From positions 1 through 64,000 of the IMG/VR virus record IMGVR_UViG_3300021399_000002: a DNA stretch of 64,000 nucleotides. One strand, written 5' to 3'. The notes under the pieces are model-generated. The model worked only from the letters and a program-made list of their open reading frames with translations, made no database searches and was not told the DNA's origin. This DNA is from a virus. Lineage: Duplodnaviria > Caudoviricetes. How positions within the stretch are numbered: position 1 is the stretch's first letter; every line of letters starts with the position of its first letter. Made by a program: the position numbers and the translations under genes. Positions 43,505-56,574 of the stretch are shown piece after piece.

Positions 43505-45556
43505 ATGGCAAATTTAATTGAACAAATAAAAATTGGTGGCACTACATATAATATTGCTTCTACCGCATATGCTATCTGTGACAGTAATGCCGATGCAACA
43601 GCAAAAGTAGCAGATATTACAGGTTTCGTATTAAAAGAAGGCGTAACCATTCATGTAAAATTTACTAATGGTAATACTGCTGATACTCCTACATTAAATG
43701 TTAATAGCACAGGAGCAATTCCAATTACTATATATGGTTCTGTTGCTTCTGATACAGCTGGAGATTTAGCTTTACCTGCGAATGCTGTAGTTAGTTTAAC
43801 TTATGTTACAGATACTGCAAATTATTGGGTAATGAATTCTGGGCATCAAGTAAATACTACATACACATTTGCTGGTGGTACTAATAAATTTACAGTTACT
43901 CCTTCAGGAGGAACAGCATAGGAAGTTACTGTTACTCCTTCTATTGCAAATAATATTACTGGTAGTGGTACAAGAACTAATAATTATTTAGTAAAATTTA
44001 GTGGACAAAATACAATTACTAATTTAGTAGCAATTAGTAATGCTATTAGCTCTCAAACTACTTCTACTAAGTTTTTACGTGAAGATGGTACATGGGCTAC
44101 TCCCTCTTATACAGAACAATCTCATTATACTGCCACTTTAATTAATGGTAATGCCGCAACTGATTAGTCAAATGAAGCAGTAACTGCTTCTGCTAATGGT
44201 ATTTATTTAAACTTAGTAGAAAATGGCGCGGTTACTAGCTCGCATCAGTTAGCTGGCGCTGGCGGTATTACAATTGGTTCCGCAGCAGATGGAAAAATTA
44301 CTTTTACAGGCAAGGCGGGTACTGTAACAAAAATTATTCCCGGCAATGGTTTAATTAATGGTACTTCTGGTACTAGTCAAACTGGTATTACTGGTGAGGG
44401 TACTATTAGTATTAAAGAAGGCGGCGTTACTAATAGTATGTTAGCCGGTTCTATTAGTAATGATAAACTTTCTAATGACTGGATTAAAATTGGAAATGTA
44501 ACAAAGCATTTGGGTGAAACTTTTGAATTATCTGATTTAGGTGTAGCTCGTGCAATGAACTTTATTGGTATTACTTCAACTACATTAACAGATGGTGCGA
44601 CCACTGCCACTCTTACTGCTAAAACTACAGGTAGTTTAAGTAAAACAACTGGCTTCGTATTAGGAGATGTTGTTTTATATGGTGATGCTGAGTTTGTATG
44701 GACGGGTTCTGCTTGGGAATTATTAGGCGATGAAACTGCTTACGCATTAAAATCTGATGCGGTTACAAACGTAGCATATGCAAGTAAAAAATTTACAAAA
44801 ACAATCAATGGTTCAACAACAGATATTGTTACTATTAGTACAATTAAAACTGATTTAGCATTAGTAAAAAGCGATGTCGGATTAGATAATGTTACAAATC
44901 ATTAGCAAGTACATGAAGTATCTTGGGATGCTACTAATTTAAAAATTACTCGTTCTAAAAATGGTACTGCTGGTGATGTTGTAAAATTTGTAAATGGTAC
45001 AAATGTAACATTAAGTGGGAATACTGCAGGACAATTAAGTATTTCCGCGGCAGACCCAACCGTTACTCAAAATATATTAGGTACTAGTGATACTAATAAT
45101 TATCCATTATTAGTTTCAAAATATAAAACTACAGAAAATACAACCACAGCTTCTACTGCTAATCGTGTAGCAGCTATTTATGTATAGCCTTCAACCGGCA
45201 CACTAACCGCAACAAAATTTGCTGGTGATGGCTCTGGTTTGACAGCTTTATCTGCAACAGCAGTTAAATCTGCATTAGGCACAGACTCATCTACAACAGC
45301 TACCTTCTTGCGTAAAGATGGTACTTGGAAAACTATTAGTGTTAAAGTTACTGCAAATGCTAGTGGTTCTGTTGTTACTGGAGTTACATTAAATGCTGGT
45401 ACTTAGCCATCATTCACATAGGGTACTTTAGCTTCTGCAACGGTTAATGAAGCAGTATTAGAGTTAGTAAGTCAAACTGCAGACACCTTCAATAAAGGAA
45501 CTTATCCAACTCTTGGTACTATATCTAAAGCTAATTTATCTATTGATATGCAATAA
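43505..45556 (+). CDS. Tail fibre protein, recoded
   Basis: IHVKFTNGN..PTLNVNSTGAIPI; Thr/Ser-rich. Confidence 0.8.
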
Positions 45557-45568
45557 GGCGGTGATTAA

Positions 45569-48500
45569 ATGGCAAGTAAAGTAAGCGGCATTATTGAAAA
45601 AATATAGACTGGAAGCGGTACTCATGCAATCGCGGCAACCGCTTATGGATATTGCGAAACAGCCGCCAATGAGCCAGCTAAAATTGTAGACATGAGTGGT
45701 TTTAAACTTAATGAAGGAGTTACTATTCATGTTAAATTTAAGAATTCAAATAGCGCAAGTAATCCTACACTTAACGTGTAGGATACTGGCGCGAAGCCAA
45801 TTATTTATGGAACTACTATTAAAGATAATACTGATAATATATATGGCTGGAATGCAAATGATATTTTAATATTAACATATGATGGAACAAATTGGGTAAT
45901 TAGTAATAGTGCTTATGCAACAAGTGCAGGCTCCGTTTCTTCTGGAAATATAAGACCTATAAAAAGTAAAACTTTCATTACTAAATTATATAATTCGCCA
46001 TCATCGGGTGATAATTTTTATCAAACAGTTTTTAATGTTATACCAGACACTTATGATGCTATTTGGAAAATAAGATATAGATTAACTTTTACAGTTTCTG
46101 GGCACAATGATTATAACGCAATATATGATTGTGATATGAGTGGCAGGAGTTAGAATCTTTATAGTTATCATTGTTATAATAGTTTAGTTACATATCCTAT
46201 TTATTATCATGTATTATTTCGTGGTTCAAGTTTAAGTTATCCACATGAAGTTGGTTTTAGAATTGCAAGTTCATCTGGTGATACAACAATTTAGAAAACT
46301 GTTAAAGTAGATATTATTGAAGCGATAAATTGTACAATTTCTTTATTTGATGAAATAAAATCTTATAAAAATGTAACTGTTACAGGATACGCTAGAACTG
46401 ATATCACTGCTACTAGTAATGGATTATAGGAGACCGGTGATTCAGATTCATATGCTTATTATGTCTATAGTAATGGTTTTCGCATGACTGCTGGCGCGAA
46501 TAAAGTACTTAGATACACTTTTTTTGGAAGACTTGCAGATGGAACATATGAATCTTTTACAATAACTAGTAATACTACTAATACTTCTAAAATTAAAAAC
46601 CCAAATGGGTTTTTACCTGATGGGAAAATTTATTATAACTCAAATGGGTCAGATTATGTAGGAATTACTGGAGTAACTATATATGAACAATATCATAGTA
46701 TAGATTATAGATATACATTTAATATTAGTACTACTGATATTCCAGCAAGTTCTTAGACATATATTGTATTTACATATAATACATCGGATGGTTTACTTTA
46801 TCTTGATGACACTTGGTTTACAACTACGCCTAATCAAATAGGAAAGATATATTAGCGTATAGGCAATAACTATTATAATTAGGATGATTATAGAGGATCT
46901 CTATTATTAAATAATCCATATTATATTTATGATGGAGAAGATTTACAAGTATGGTAGCCTTATGCTGAAAAAGCAAATACTGTTCTATTGTCAGGGGTAT
47001 CTAATGCAGATAATCTTAAAGCCATTGAAGCAATATCAGGCACAAGTGGTCTATTAAAGAAAACTGCGGCGAATACATGGACATTGGATACTAATAACTA
47101 TGTAACTAGTTCTGGCATTACATCAGTCACAATTGGTGCTACTTCGCCAGTATAGTCGAGTACTTCAACAGCTCAAACTGGATCTAGTGCAAGTACTACA
47201 ATTTCACTTAAAGATGCATATGGCGATACTAAAAATCCTTATGGGGCAAAAGCAAAGAATCTTATTCTTGCGGGGCCTTCTAGTGGAAGTAATGCGGTAC
47301 CAAGTTTTAGAGCATTAGTCGCAGCTGACATTCCTACATTAGCATATGTTCCTGCTACTTCTGGAGCCAATGATGTAAATACATTAGTTAATACTGGTAT
47401 ATATAATATTACTTCTGGTTAGGCTACAAATACTCCTAAAGGATATGGATTTGGTCAGTTATTAGTAATGTCATATCGTAAACATACAGGTAATACTACA
47501 ACAGATTGGGCAAGTTAGATTTATTTACATAATGGAGTTGGAACTGAAACTGGAAATGCCACCGGCCCTGGTAATGTATTATATTATAGAACTAGTAGTA
47601 CATCATCTTCTAATAGTTGGTTTTCTTGGCAAAAAGCTGTTCATACAGCTGCTGCGTATACAAAAGTTGGTAATACTGATTAGCCAGTATACATTGCAGA
47701 AGATGGCAGTGCAACTGCTATAACTGCTGTTGGCGCCGCGTATGGTGGCACTGGTAAAACAACATTAAAAGATAGTGCTAATACATTAATAAATGCTTTA
47801 GATACTGGCAATTCTGATTTAACTGCGAATGACTATGTTATTACATAGTATGTTGGTGGTGGAACTACTACTACATCTTATCATAGACGTCCTGCTTCTA
47901 AAGTAATAAATACTACTTTAGTTAAAGCGGCATTAGGTACTGATTCTTCTACTACAAATTAGTGGCTAAATAAAAAAGGATTATGGAGTACACCGACTGC
48001 AGCGGAAGTTGGGGCCATTACTAAATTAAATAATTCTACTGATAATGCGATAGTAAAATTTGATGGAACTGCTGGCGCGATATAGAATAGTGGAGTTATT
48101 ATTGATGATAATAATAATATATCTGTATCATCTATTTTATCAAATTTATATTCTGGCTATAATTTATGTAAACTACAAACTTCGGCATCTGGTACTGAAA
48201 TAGTCATAAAAACAAGATTTAAATTTATTAATTCATCGACTATGCCATCTATTCGTATTCATGGTTATTCATATGGAAAAGGCGCTCCATTAGATTTAAC
48301 TATAGTATATTATATTTATAGCAATGAATTTTATACTCCAAAAGTTATTTCTACTGGCGGTATATCTCCAGATATATATTTATTTACATATACAGAAAAT
48401 AGTATCAAATATGTAGCAGTTGGGATTAAATCTTCACTTGGCTATCTTGGTTTTACAGTCGATGCTAATGGCGGAGCACTAGGCGAATTAAATATGAATC

Positions 48501-50878
48501 CAGAAAGTACTTTATGCACTACTGGATGGACTATTGAACATAATGGTTCCGATACTTCAAATACTTTAATTCCAGTAGTAAATACTGATAATTGTAAATT
48601 AGTCCCGTATTTAGCATTATCTACTACTGTTGAAAAAACAATATCAGCAAATCTTACTTCTACTACTAATGCAGTTGCATATTATACAAACACTACTGGT
48701 AAATTTGGTAGTAAAGCAAGCGCGAATGGCGCCCTATATGCCACAAGTGCAAATGGTGCATTACAATGGGGTACTTTGCCTATAGCATAGGGTGGTACAG
48801 GGAAAACAAATGCCGCTGATGCGTGGACCGCATTAGGCGGTGGAGCGTCAGGTAAACATGCTGATTCATATTTCGCTTTAGCATCGCATAATCATGCAGC
48901 ATCAAATATTACTTCTGGTACTTTTGATGTTGCAAGAATTCCAGATTTAAGTTGGAGCAAAATTACTTCTGATAAACCCACAACATTAAGTGGTTATGGA
49001 ATTACAGATGCTAAAATTGCTTCTGGTGTAATTACACTAGGTTCTAATACAATTACTCCAATTACTAGTATTGCTGAATTAACTAATAGTACTATTACTG
49101 CAGCCGATCTTCGTACAAATTTAGGACTGTCCGCAGCCTTACGCTTTGTTGGTAAGGCAACTACCGATATGAGCGAAAGTACTACTACCGCGCCGACTGT
49201 AACAGGAGTAACTAATTATATTCCAGAAGTTGGAGATGTTGTATTAGATAAAAATAGCGATGCAGAATATGTATGTATTGCTAAAAGTGGTTCAACGTAT
49301 ACTTGGGAACTATTAGGACGTAGTGGTTCGTGGGCAATAAGTACTCACACACACGGAAATATAACTAATGGTGGGTTACTTGATGCAGCGAATATGGCAG
49401 TAGTTACTGATGGTAGTAAGAAAATTACAACTGCTGATTTATCTGTTAGTGATTCTAATGCTAGTACAAATGCAACAACTACTTTTGTACAAGCAGTAAC
49501 TTAGAATGCTCAAGGGAAAATTACGGTTACAAAAGCATCTTTAAATACAAGTGGCACATGGAGTGGTAATGCTACTACAGCAACAACTGCAACAAATCTA
49601 GCGAATAATCCTTCTATTTAGACCGCAAGCAATAGTAATCAAGTTACAATTACAGCTGGTGGAAAAACAAGCAGCGCTTATACTATACCTTACGCGACGT
49701 ATGCCGAGAGTGCAACAAGCGCTACTACCGCGACATATATAAAATGTACTGATACACGCAATACTGCACTAAATCCTGCAGATTTAACCGCGGCGCAGGG
49801 AGTACGATTTGATTTTAAAGCAAAAGAGACTATTGATTTAACAGCAACTGATAATTATGCTGGAGTAATGAGTTTTAGGCCTATAGATTGGAGTAGTGGT
49901 AAGGCACATCAGCTTGCTTTTAATAGTCAAGGGCTACATTGGCGTAATGGAAGTTCTTCATGGGGAAATTGGTATCAAATATTAGATAGTAATAATACTG
50001 CCGCTGGTACTAATAATGCCGCAACTCTTGCATGGAATACTACTTATACAATTGCAAAAATTAATGGTACCGATATTAAGTTTACTACAATGGCTAAGCC
50101 ATCATATGCTTTCACAGACTTAACAGTACATCCGACTACATTAAGTGGCTATGGAATTACAGATGCCGCGGCAAATAATCATTCTCATACACTAAAAATT
50201 GGTAATAAATCTTTAAGTGTTAGTACGAGTGAATAGGAATGGAATTTACATGATATTTTAAAATCATCTACAGATATTGGTGTAGATACTACATGGGATT
50301 AGTATGACCCAGGAGTTTATTATGTTGCATCAAGTACGACTTTTACAGGAACAAATAATCCTGAAAATGACAACACAAATAACGGCATAGCGCCATATCG
50401 TTATGGTTAGTTAATTGTAAGTCGTGCTGGTAATGGAGGAATGGCAGAATTTTATATTTCTCATAATGATTCTAATAATGCTGGTTATGGAATACATTAT
50501 AGAACGGGTTGGAATAATACATATGTAGCTAAATGGAGTGTATTAATAGATAGTTATAATTATACTCAATATACTGTAAAAAAAGATGGCACCGGTGCAT
50601 CAGGTTCTTGGGGAATTTCTATTACTGGTAATGCTGCAACCGCTTCTAAAATCTCTGCTAAACTCGCTACAACCACTAAAACTTACTTACTCGGCACTAC
50701 AACCGCAATAACCGCAACTGCCGCGAATGTAGATATAACTGGTGATACTGGCGTTTATTTAACTACAACAGCAGGCGAATTAAGTGCAGTTCGTCATTCT
50801 TATAATGTTAATGGTACAGAAAAAGCATATACTTGCTATAATACAACCGATAATTCAATTGATTTCATCTTCATTTAA
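45569..50878 (+). CDS. Long tail fibre protein (~1769 aa), recoded
   Basis: Same-frame fragments joined by TAG; PTTLSGYGITDA and GGTG repeats. Confidence 0.8.
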
Positions 50879-50963
50879 TATTTGACAACTTTAAATCAGC
50901 TATGATATAATAAATTATAGGAGGGAATCCTTTCCCTCCTATACCTTCTCGGAGGTTAATTAT

Positions 50964-51311
50964 ATGTATAAATTGGAACTTGCCAATGGCACTATTATTG
51001 AAAATATAGATAGATTAAATCCAAGTACTTTCTAGTTTAGAAGCGATAATCCGAATTATTACTGGATTTTATCACCAAGTAACTTAGCATTTGCTGCTTT
51101 ATATAAAGATGATGAATTAGAAGATATATTTATTGACTATATGAGAACTTCCTATTTATTTTCTAATGGTTGGGTTAGATTTAGAATTATTCCAGTTAAA
51201 GAAGTAGAAGCATAGGAAGAAAGAGCTAAATTAAGAGAAGAAAAGAAACATAGAAAGTATGCGTAGAAAGGAGAAAGGATTTATGAGTTTAAAAATATGG
51301 CTTCCTCTTAA
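50964..51311 (+). CDS. Hypothetical protein, recoded
   Basis: Own promoter and GGAGG RBS; end depends on TAG read-through. Confidence 0.6.
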
Positions 51312-52710
51312 TGGAGATTTGCATAATCAAGACACTAGTGCCTATAATATTACTGCAATTGAAACTACTCCAACTTTTACAGCAGGGAAAATTGGATAGT
51401 GTTATCAGCGAGCAAACACTAATTCATAGATAACAAATGGATTAAAAATCGAAGATAATTTATTAGGATTATTAGGAAGTACAGCAAGCGTTGCAGTATG
51501 GGTTAAACCATTAGGTACGCATACTCATTATAATGGAACAATTCTTAGTTCAGGCAATTGGAATGGTAAACGCTGGGCTTTTGGAGTGAGTTAGGATAAT
51601 AGTAAAGTTGATGTACTATGCGGCGGCTATAATAATTATATTTCATGCTCAGTTCCAGTTAACGAATGGACACATTTAGTATCTACATATGATAATGGAA
51701 TATGCACATTATATAAAAATGGAATTTATGTAGGACGAATTACTGGATAGGCTGCTTTTAATAGCAATGCAGATTGGACTGGTATATGTCGAGAAACTTA
51801 TGCAGGTGGATATTTTGGTTTTAATGGCTGTATTAATGATTTAAGAATATACGACCATGTGCTATCCGCGGCCGAAGTTAAGGAAATTAGTTAGGGATTG
51901 GTATTACATTATAAGTTGGATAATTCGAATGGAGTTGAGGATAGTAGTGGTTATAACCACAATGCCGTATCCAATGGTTCTGCCGCGGTAGCTTTAGATT
52001 CCGATACTCCCAAATATTCTGCTTCCGCAAAATTTATATCTGGTTCTAGAATAGCAATGCCTGTTGCTTCATCTACATGCCTACCAACAGATGCTATAAC
52101 AGTTAGTATATGGTATAAATCATCTGCTGGCACTGCTCGCTTCTTATCGTGCACAGAAAGTGGCGGTTGGAACTTTGAAGTCAATTCTTCTAAAGCTTCA
52201 TTTCCATTTTATATAAAAGGAAAAGGTTATGGTCGCGTTATTGCCACATAGAATTTCTATTCAGATAATGTATGGCATATGATAACAGCATCATATGATG
52301 GAATAAGCACTGCTAAAATTTATTTAGATGGCTAGTTAAATAATACTGCTACTATAACTAGCGGATGGGAAAATATACCACTTGCTTATAATGCTTCTAC
52401 TCCATTAACTCTCGGGGCAGAAGCTTAGACAATTGCATCTCCAATTGCGGGAACTTATGTAGGTAATTTAAGCGATTTAAGAATATATTGTACCGCATTA
52501 AGTGATGATGCAGTTCTCGAACTTTATCATACCAGCGCAAAAATTGATAACAACCATAATTTCCATACTTTTGAATTAGTAGAAGATTAGAATAAAATTT
52601 CTATCAACAAGCGCGGGCAAACTCTATGCGAAGAAATCATTGAGGATACTACTACTAAGTTCTATAAAAATACAAAAATAATTGAAACTAAACAATTAAT
52701 AGAAATTTAA
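51283..52710 (+). CDS. Tandem LamG/ConA-like lectin-domain protein, recoded
   Basis: NEWTHLVSTYD..FNGCINDLRIYDHVLS and a second such repeat. Confidence 0.85.
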
Positions 52711-52843
52711 TATTTGACATATACATAATAAATATGATATAATATAAATAGTAAATAGATGCTGCTTCGCGCCGTTTATTTGCTAACCTAATAGGGTCTC
52801 TGCGGTGCAGGGCCCTGTTATTCTGGCGCGGGAGGGATGACTT

Positions 52844-54673
52844 ATCGCACAATTAAAAGATACAACTGTATCAGGCAATTTATCAGTAAGTAATAATTTA
52901 TATACTGCTGAATTAACATAGACAAAAAATTTAAATTTAACCAGTGCTACCGCTTTAAAGGGAGTGTTTACAGATAGCAATAAAAATTTAACAACTACTG
53001 GAACACTTTCTATTGCTCAGGGGGGTACTGGAGCAACTTCATTAACTGATAATAGATTATTATATCCTTCTAGTTCTATTTTAACTTCTGGTGGACATTA
53101 TATTAATAGTACTAAATTAGCAATTAATAGTACTGATGAACCAACTGATGAATTATATGTGAATGGTTCAATTACATTAACTGGCACATTGAGTCAGGGA
53201 CGTACAAGCGGGTCAACAATAGGAAGAAATAGTTTTGCTTTCGGTTACAATGTGACAGCCTCCGGCAATTATTCTCATGCGGAAGGGCATAGTACAGTAG
53301 CTTCTAATTCTTAGGCTCATGCAGAAGGAGCTAATACGACAGCTTCTGGTATGTATTCTCATGCAGAGGGATATGGTACAACAGCTTCTGGTTCTCTCTC
53401 TCATGCGGAAGGATCAAATACAACAGCTTCTGGTTATTATTCCCACGCGGAAGGAAACTATACAACAGCTTCTGGTTATTATTCTCATGCAGAAGGCCAA
53501 TATACAACAGCAAATCATGAAAGCCAACATGTATTTGGTGAATACAATATTTTAGATGCGTCTTCAGCCACTACTAATCAGAGAGGTACTTATGTTGAAA
53601 TTGTTGGCAATGGAACTTCTACTACACGCTCTAATGCCAGAACTCTAGACTGGGGCGGTAATGAAGAGTTGGCAGGCGGATTAACAATTGGACAAACATT
53701 AAGTCGGGGACGCACAAGTGGATCAACCGTAGGAACTGGGAGCTTTGCATTTGGCGCAAATACAACCGCTTCCGGTATTTATAGTCATGCAGAGGGACAG
53801 AATACAATTGCGTCTGGGCGAGCTTCACATGCAGAAGGAGAAAGTACTATTGCTAATTCAAATTTGCTTCATGTTTCTGGTGCATACAATATTGAATCAA
53901 CATTATATCCAACATGGAGCAGTGGTGTTTATTATAATGTTGGAGATAAAGTAAGAGATTGGGAAAGTGTATATGGATATCAATGTATTGTTGGTCATGC
54001 AAATCAACGACCGCCTAATAGTAGTTATTGGATTGAACTGCCTTTTATTAGTGATGATTTATTTATAGTTGGTAATGGTACTAATGGAAATAATCGTTCT
54101 AATGCTATGACATTAACAAATCAAGGTAATGTTACTTTTAGTGGAGATATTCATAATAGTGGTATAATTTCTTCTTCTTCTGATATATAGGCGAGAATGA
54201 ATGTTGTTGCAGGATATGATCCTGCTAATAATTTTGCTTGGCCTACAGCAGATGGTATGCCACTATCGTATTTAATAGATATTACAGATAAAATAACATT
54301 AAATACTACTGATTATACTTTTGGTTCGATTGTTGCCAATAAAGCTTATCTTTGGGGACCAATGTGTTTTCTAACTTTAGGGTGCTCAATTACTAGAAAA
54401 AGTGGCACTTTTAGCAATACAGCGTTTACTAGATTAGATGATGTTATGACAATCAATGATTCCAATTTTTATCCACCAGACGGCTATTGGCATAATTCTA
54501 CAAGAGCTTATGCTGGTAATGCTAATAATTCAGATTTTTGTACTACATGGTTCTAGTCAACTGGCGGATTAACTATAATGGTTGGTCCAAGATGTTTTTC
54601 TAATAGTACAACAACAATGGTATATGTTCGTGGAATTGTTATGTGGCCAATTACTTATGGGCCTTTAACTTAA
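52844..54673 (+). CDS. Tail fibre/adhesin with YadA-like SHAEG repeats and CBM5/12-like module; probable ATC start; recoded
   Basis: 14-aa ASGxxSHAEG repeats; frame begins ATC GCA CAA TTA AAA GAT 8 nt after GGAGG, with an in-frame TGA just upstream. Confidence 0.75.
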
Positions 54674-54778
54674 TATTTGACTTTTTTCAAATTTCATGAT
54701 ATAATATTTACAGAAAGTGAGGAAAGGAACTCACCTTCTAAAAATAATTTTTTTCATTACATAAGGAGGTAATGAAGT

Positions 54779-55123
54779 ATGGCTATTAAGGTATATAGCG
54801 ATAAGACACAGAAGTTCTATAACACTGTGGAAGAAGCTAATCGGGCAGAATTTGAACTAAAGGAACAGGAAAATCGTGAAAAGATTCGCAAAGAGCGGGA
54901 AGCCGCAGAAGCGAAGGCTAAGAAGGAGCAGGAAGCCGTAGAACGCAAGGCCGCCGCAGAGAAGGTTGAAGCCGCACGCAAGGCTATGGTTGCTGCGCAG
55001 AGAAATTATCGAGATGAACTCAATAATTTTATCAAGGCATATGGCACCTATCATTTCTCTTCTAATAATGTTGATGATTTTCCACATTTGTTTGATGTGC
55101 TAAATTATGCTTTTAACTGGTAA
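54779..55123 (+). CDS. Coiled-coil hypothetical protein
   Basis: Promoter and AGGAGG RBS. Confidence 0.8.
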   Translation: MAIKVYSDKTQKFYNTVEEANRAEFELKEQENREKIRKEREAAEAKAKKEQEAVERKAAAEKVEAARKAMVAAQRNYRDELNNFIKAYGTYHFSSNNVDDFPHLFDVLNYAFNW

Positions 55124-55156
55124 TGGCTCGGGCTGAGCCAAAATCAGCCCTTTCGA

Positions 55157-55242
55157 TGCCCGTAGGTGTGCGGCTGCACGGGCGGTCTCTAAAACCGCGG
55201 CCTCTGAAGCAAACGGACTGGGTTCGACTCCCAGGCGGGCAG
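55157..55242 (+). tRNA. Amber suppressor tRNA (anticodon CUA), probably Gln-accepting
   Basis: Acceptor TGCCCGT/GCGGGCA, G73; arm GCGGT-CTCTAAA-ACCGC; T-arm CTGGG-TTCGACT-CCCAG. Confidence 0.85.
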
Positions 55243-55676
55243 GTAAGTTAAAAATATATATGTAACATGCGAGAAAATAGTTCAATTCTATTTTATCGCT
55301 TTTCTAGTTATCTCTCTTACTAGGCGCGAAAAATAGAGAGAAGGTATGTAAGTAGCCTTTATATAAATACTACCAGGAGTCATAACCCTGTTAGCTTATC
55401 CTAGGCAGGCAGAGTTGGATACCAATGCTAGGCATCTAAAATATATAGCATCAAGTCAGCTACCTTGTCAAAGTTAGCACCATTCCTTGAGGTAAAAAGA
55501 GGCGTAAGGCGACACGACATATCGCCTGTACAAATAGGAGTTGCGAACCTACGCGTACGATTCCGTAGTTCGAACCACTAACGCAATTAGTGCTTAAAAT
55601 TACGGAATTTTTTATTTGACTTTTAATAAAAATTCTGATATAATTTATTTGTAAGAAAGAGATAAGGAGAATAAAA

Positions 55677-55856
55677 ATGGAAAAAATTGTATTGAAGTAT
55701 GAAGCCGATGATGCTGGTAATAATGATACAATTACAATGGAATTTAGTTCGGAAGAAATGACTATCTGGGAACTTGCAGACCGGCTGCAGCAATTTTGTA
55801 TAGCTATTGGATATTCTCCTACTATGTTAAATACAGTATTTAAAGATTATAATTAA
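55677..55856 (+). CDS. Small hypothetical protein
   Basis: Promoter and AAGGAG RBS; F..AIGY motif. Confidence 0.65.
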   Translation: MEKIVLKYEADDAGNNDTITMEFSSEEMTIWELADRLQQFCIAIGYSPTMLNTVFKDYN

Positions 55857-55907
55857 TATTTGACTTTTAACATAATTTAAGATATAATAATTATGTTGAA
55901 AGGATAT

Positions 55908-55980
55908 GCTCCAGAAGCTCAATTGGTTGAGCACCCGGCTTATATCCGGTTGGTTCAGGGTTCGAGTCCCTGGTGGAGTA
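55908..55980 (+). tRNA. tRNA-Ile(UAU)
   Basis: Loop CT-TAT-AT; cloverleaf. Confidence 0.75.
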
Positions 55981-56025
55981 CACCGACAAACTAGGGCAAT
56001 GTCGTTAAAAAATAGTTTAAGCCTA

Positions 56026-56140
56026 TAGGCATATACAGCAATGTAAGATGAAAATCAACATGTTACAAGTTCGACTCTTGTTAGTACCAATAGGTATTAT
56101 AGCTCAATTGGTAGAGCGTTTGACTTAAAAGATATGTCTA
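56026..56140 (+). ncRNA. Circularly permuted tRNA-like RNA (YrlA-type topology) 1
   Basis: T-arm and 3' acceptor precede 5' acceptor and D-arm; enclosed by AGGCATAT/ATATGTCT. Confidence 0.7.
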
Positions 56141-56204
56141 GTATCTCGGAGAGACCCGAGTATAAATAATGCGAGCCCATTCTATGAAATGGTAATTGCT
56201 CGAA

Positions 56205-56279
56205 TCCCGTAGGGAGGAATGGATTTCCTCGGCGGCCAGTAAACTGCAACAGATGGTTCGATTCCATATGCGGCGTACC
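56205..56279 (+). pseudogene. Degenerate tRNA-like element (possibly Thr AGU)
   Basis: D-arm GAGG/CCTC and T-loop TTCGATT, but poor anticodon and acceptor stems. Confidence 0.35.
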
Positions 56280-56450
56280 GATATGAAGTTCGGAGTAGAG
56301 TAAAATTAGGGTCGATAATATAGAAAGCCGGCATTCAATGATTGTTATCGGCAGTAAAACCACTTAATACTCGTAAAGAGTGCCCTAACGATTAGTAGCA
56401 TAAATATAAATGTGTCGGGTGCGAATAGGGGTGGAGAATCCTATAATTTA

Positions 56451-56566
56451 AGACACGTCAGCATTTCTTCTTTGCTTGAGGAGCCCGTCAAGTGTTGGTT
56501 CAACTCCAACCCTTCCAATTAATGGAAGGTCGCTCAATTGGCAGAAGCGCGGTTATAAACGTGTCT
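56451..56566 (+). ncRNA. Circularly permuted tRNA-like RNA 2
   Basis: GTTGG-TTCAACT-CCAAC-CCTTCCA..GGAAGG-TCGCTCAATTGGCAGAAGC inside AGACACG/CGTGTCT. Confidence 0.65.
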
Positions 56567-56574
56567 AGTTTTAT

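Noticed and set aside
15976-54673. Fragmented ORFs as pseudogenes of a decayed prophage
   Set aside because: The breaks I checked are all in-frame TAG with no frameshifts, and TAG aligns with Gln.
55157-55242. Pyrrolysine tRNA / TAG=Pyl
   Set aside because: The fold lacks tRNA-Pyl features (6-bp anticodon stem, tiny variable loop); no pyl genes; TAG falls at conserved Gln sites.
55243-55345. HDV-like theta ribozyme after the suppressor tRNA
   Set aside because: Only a simple two-helix pseudoknot is visible; I could not find P3/L3 or the catalytic-C junction by eye. A motif search is still worthwhile.
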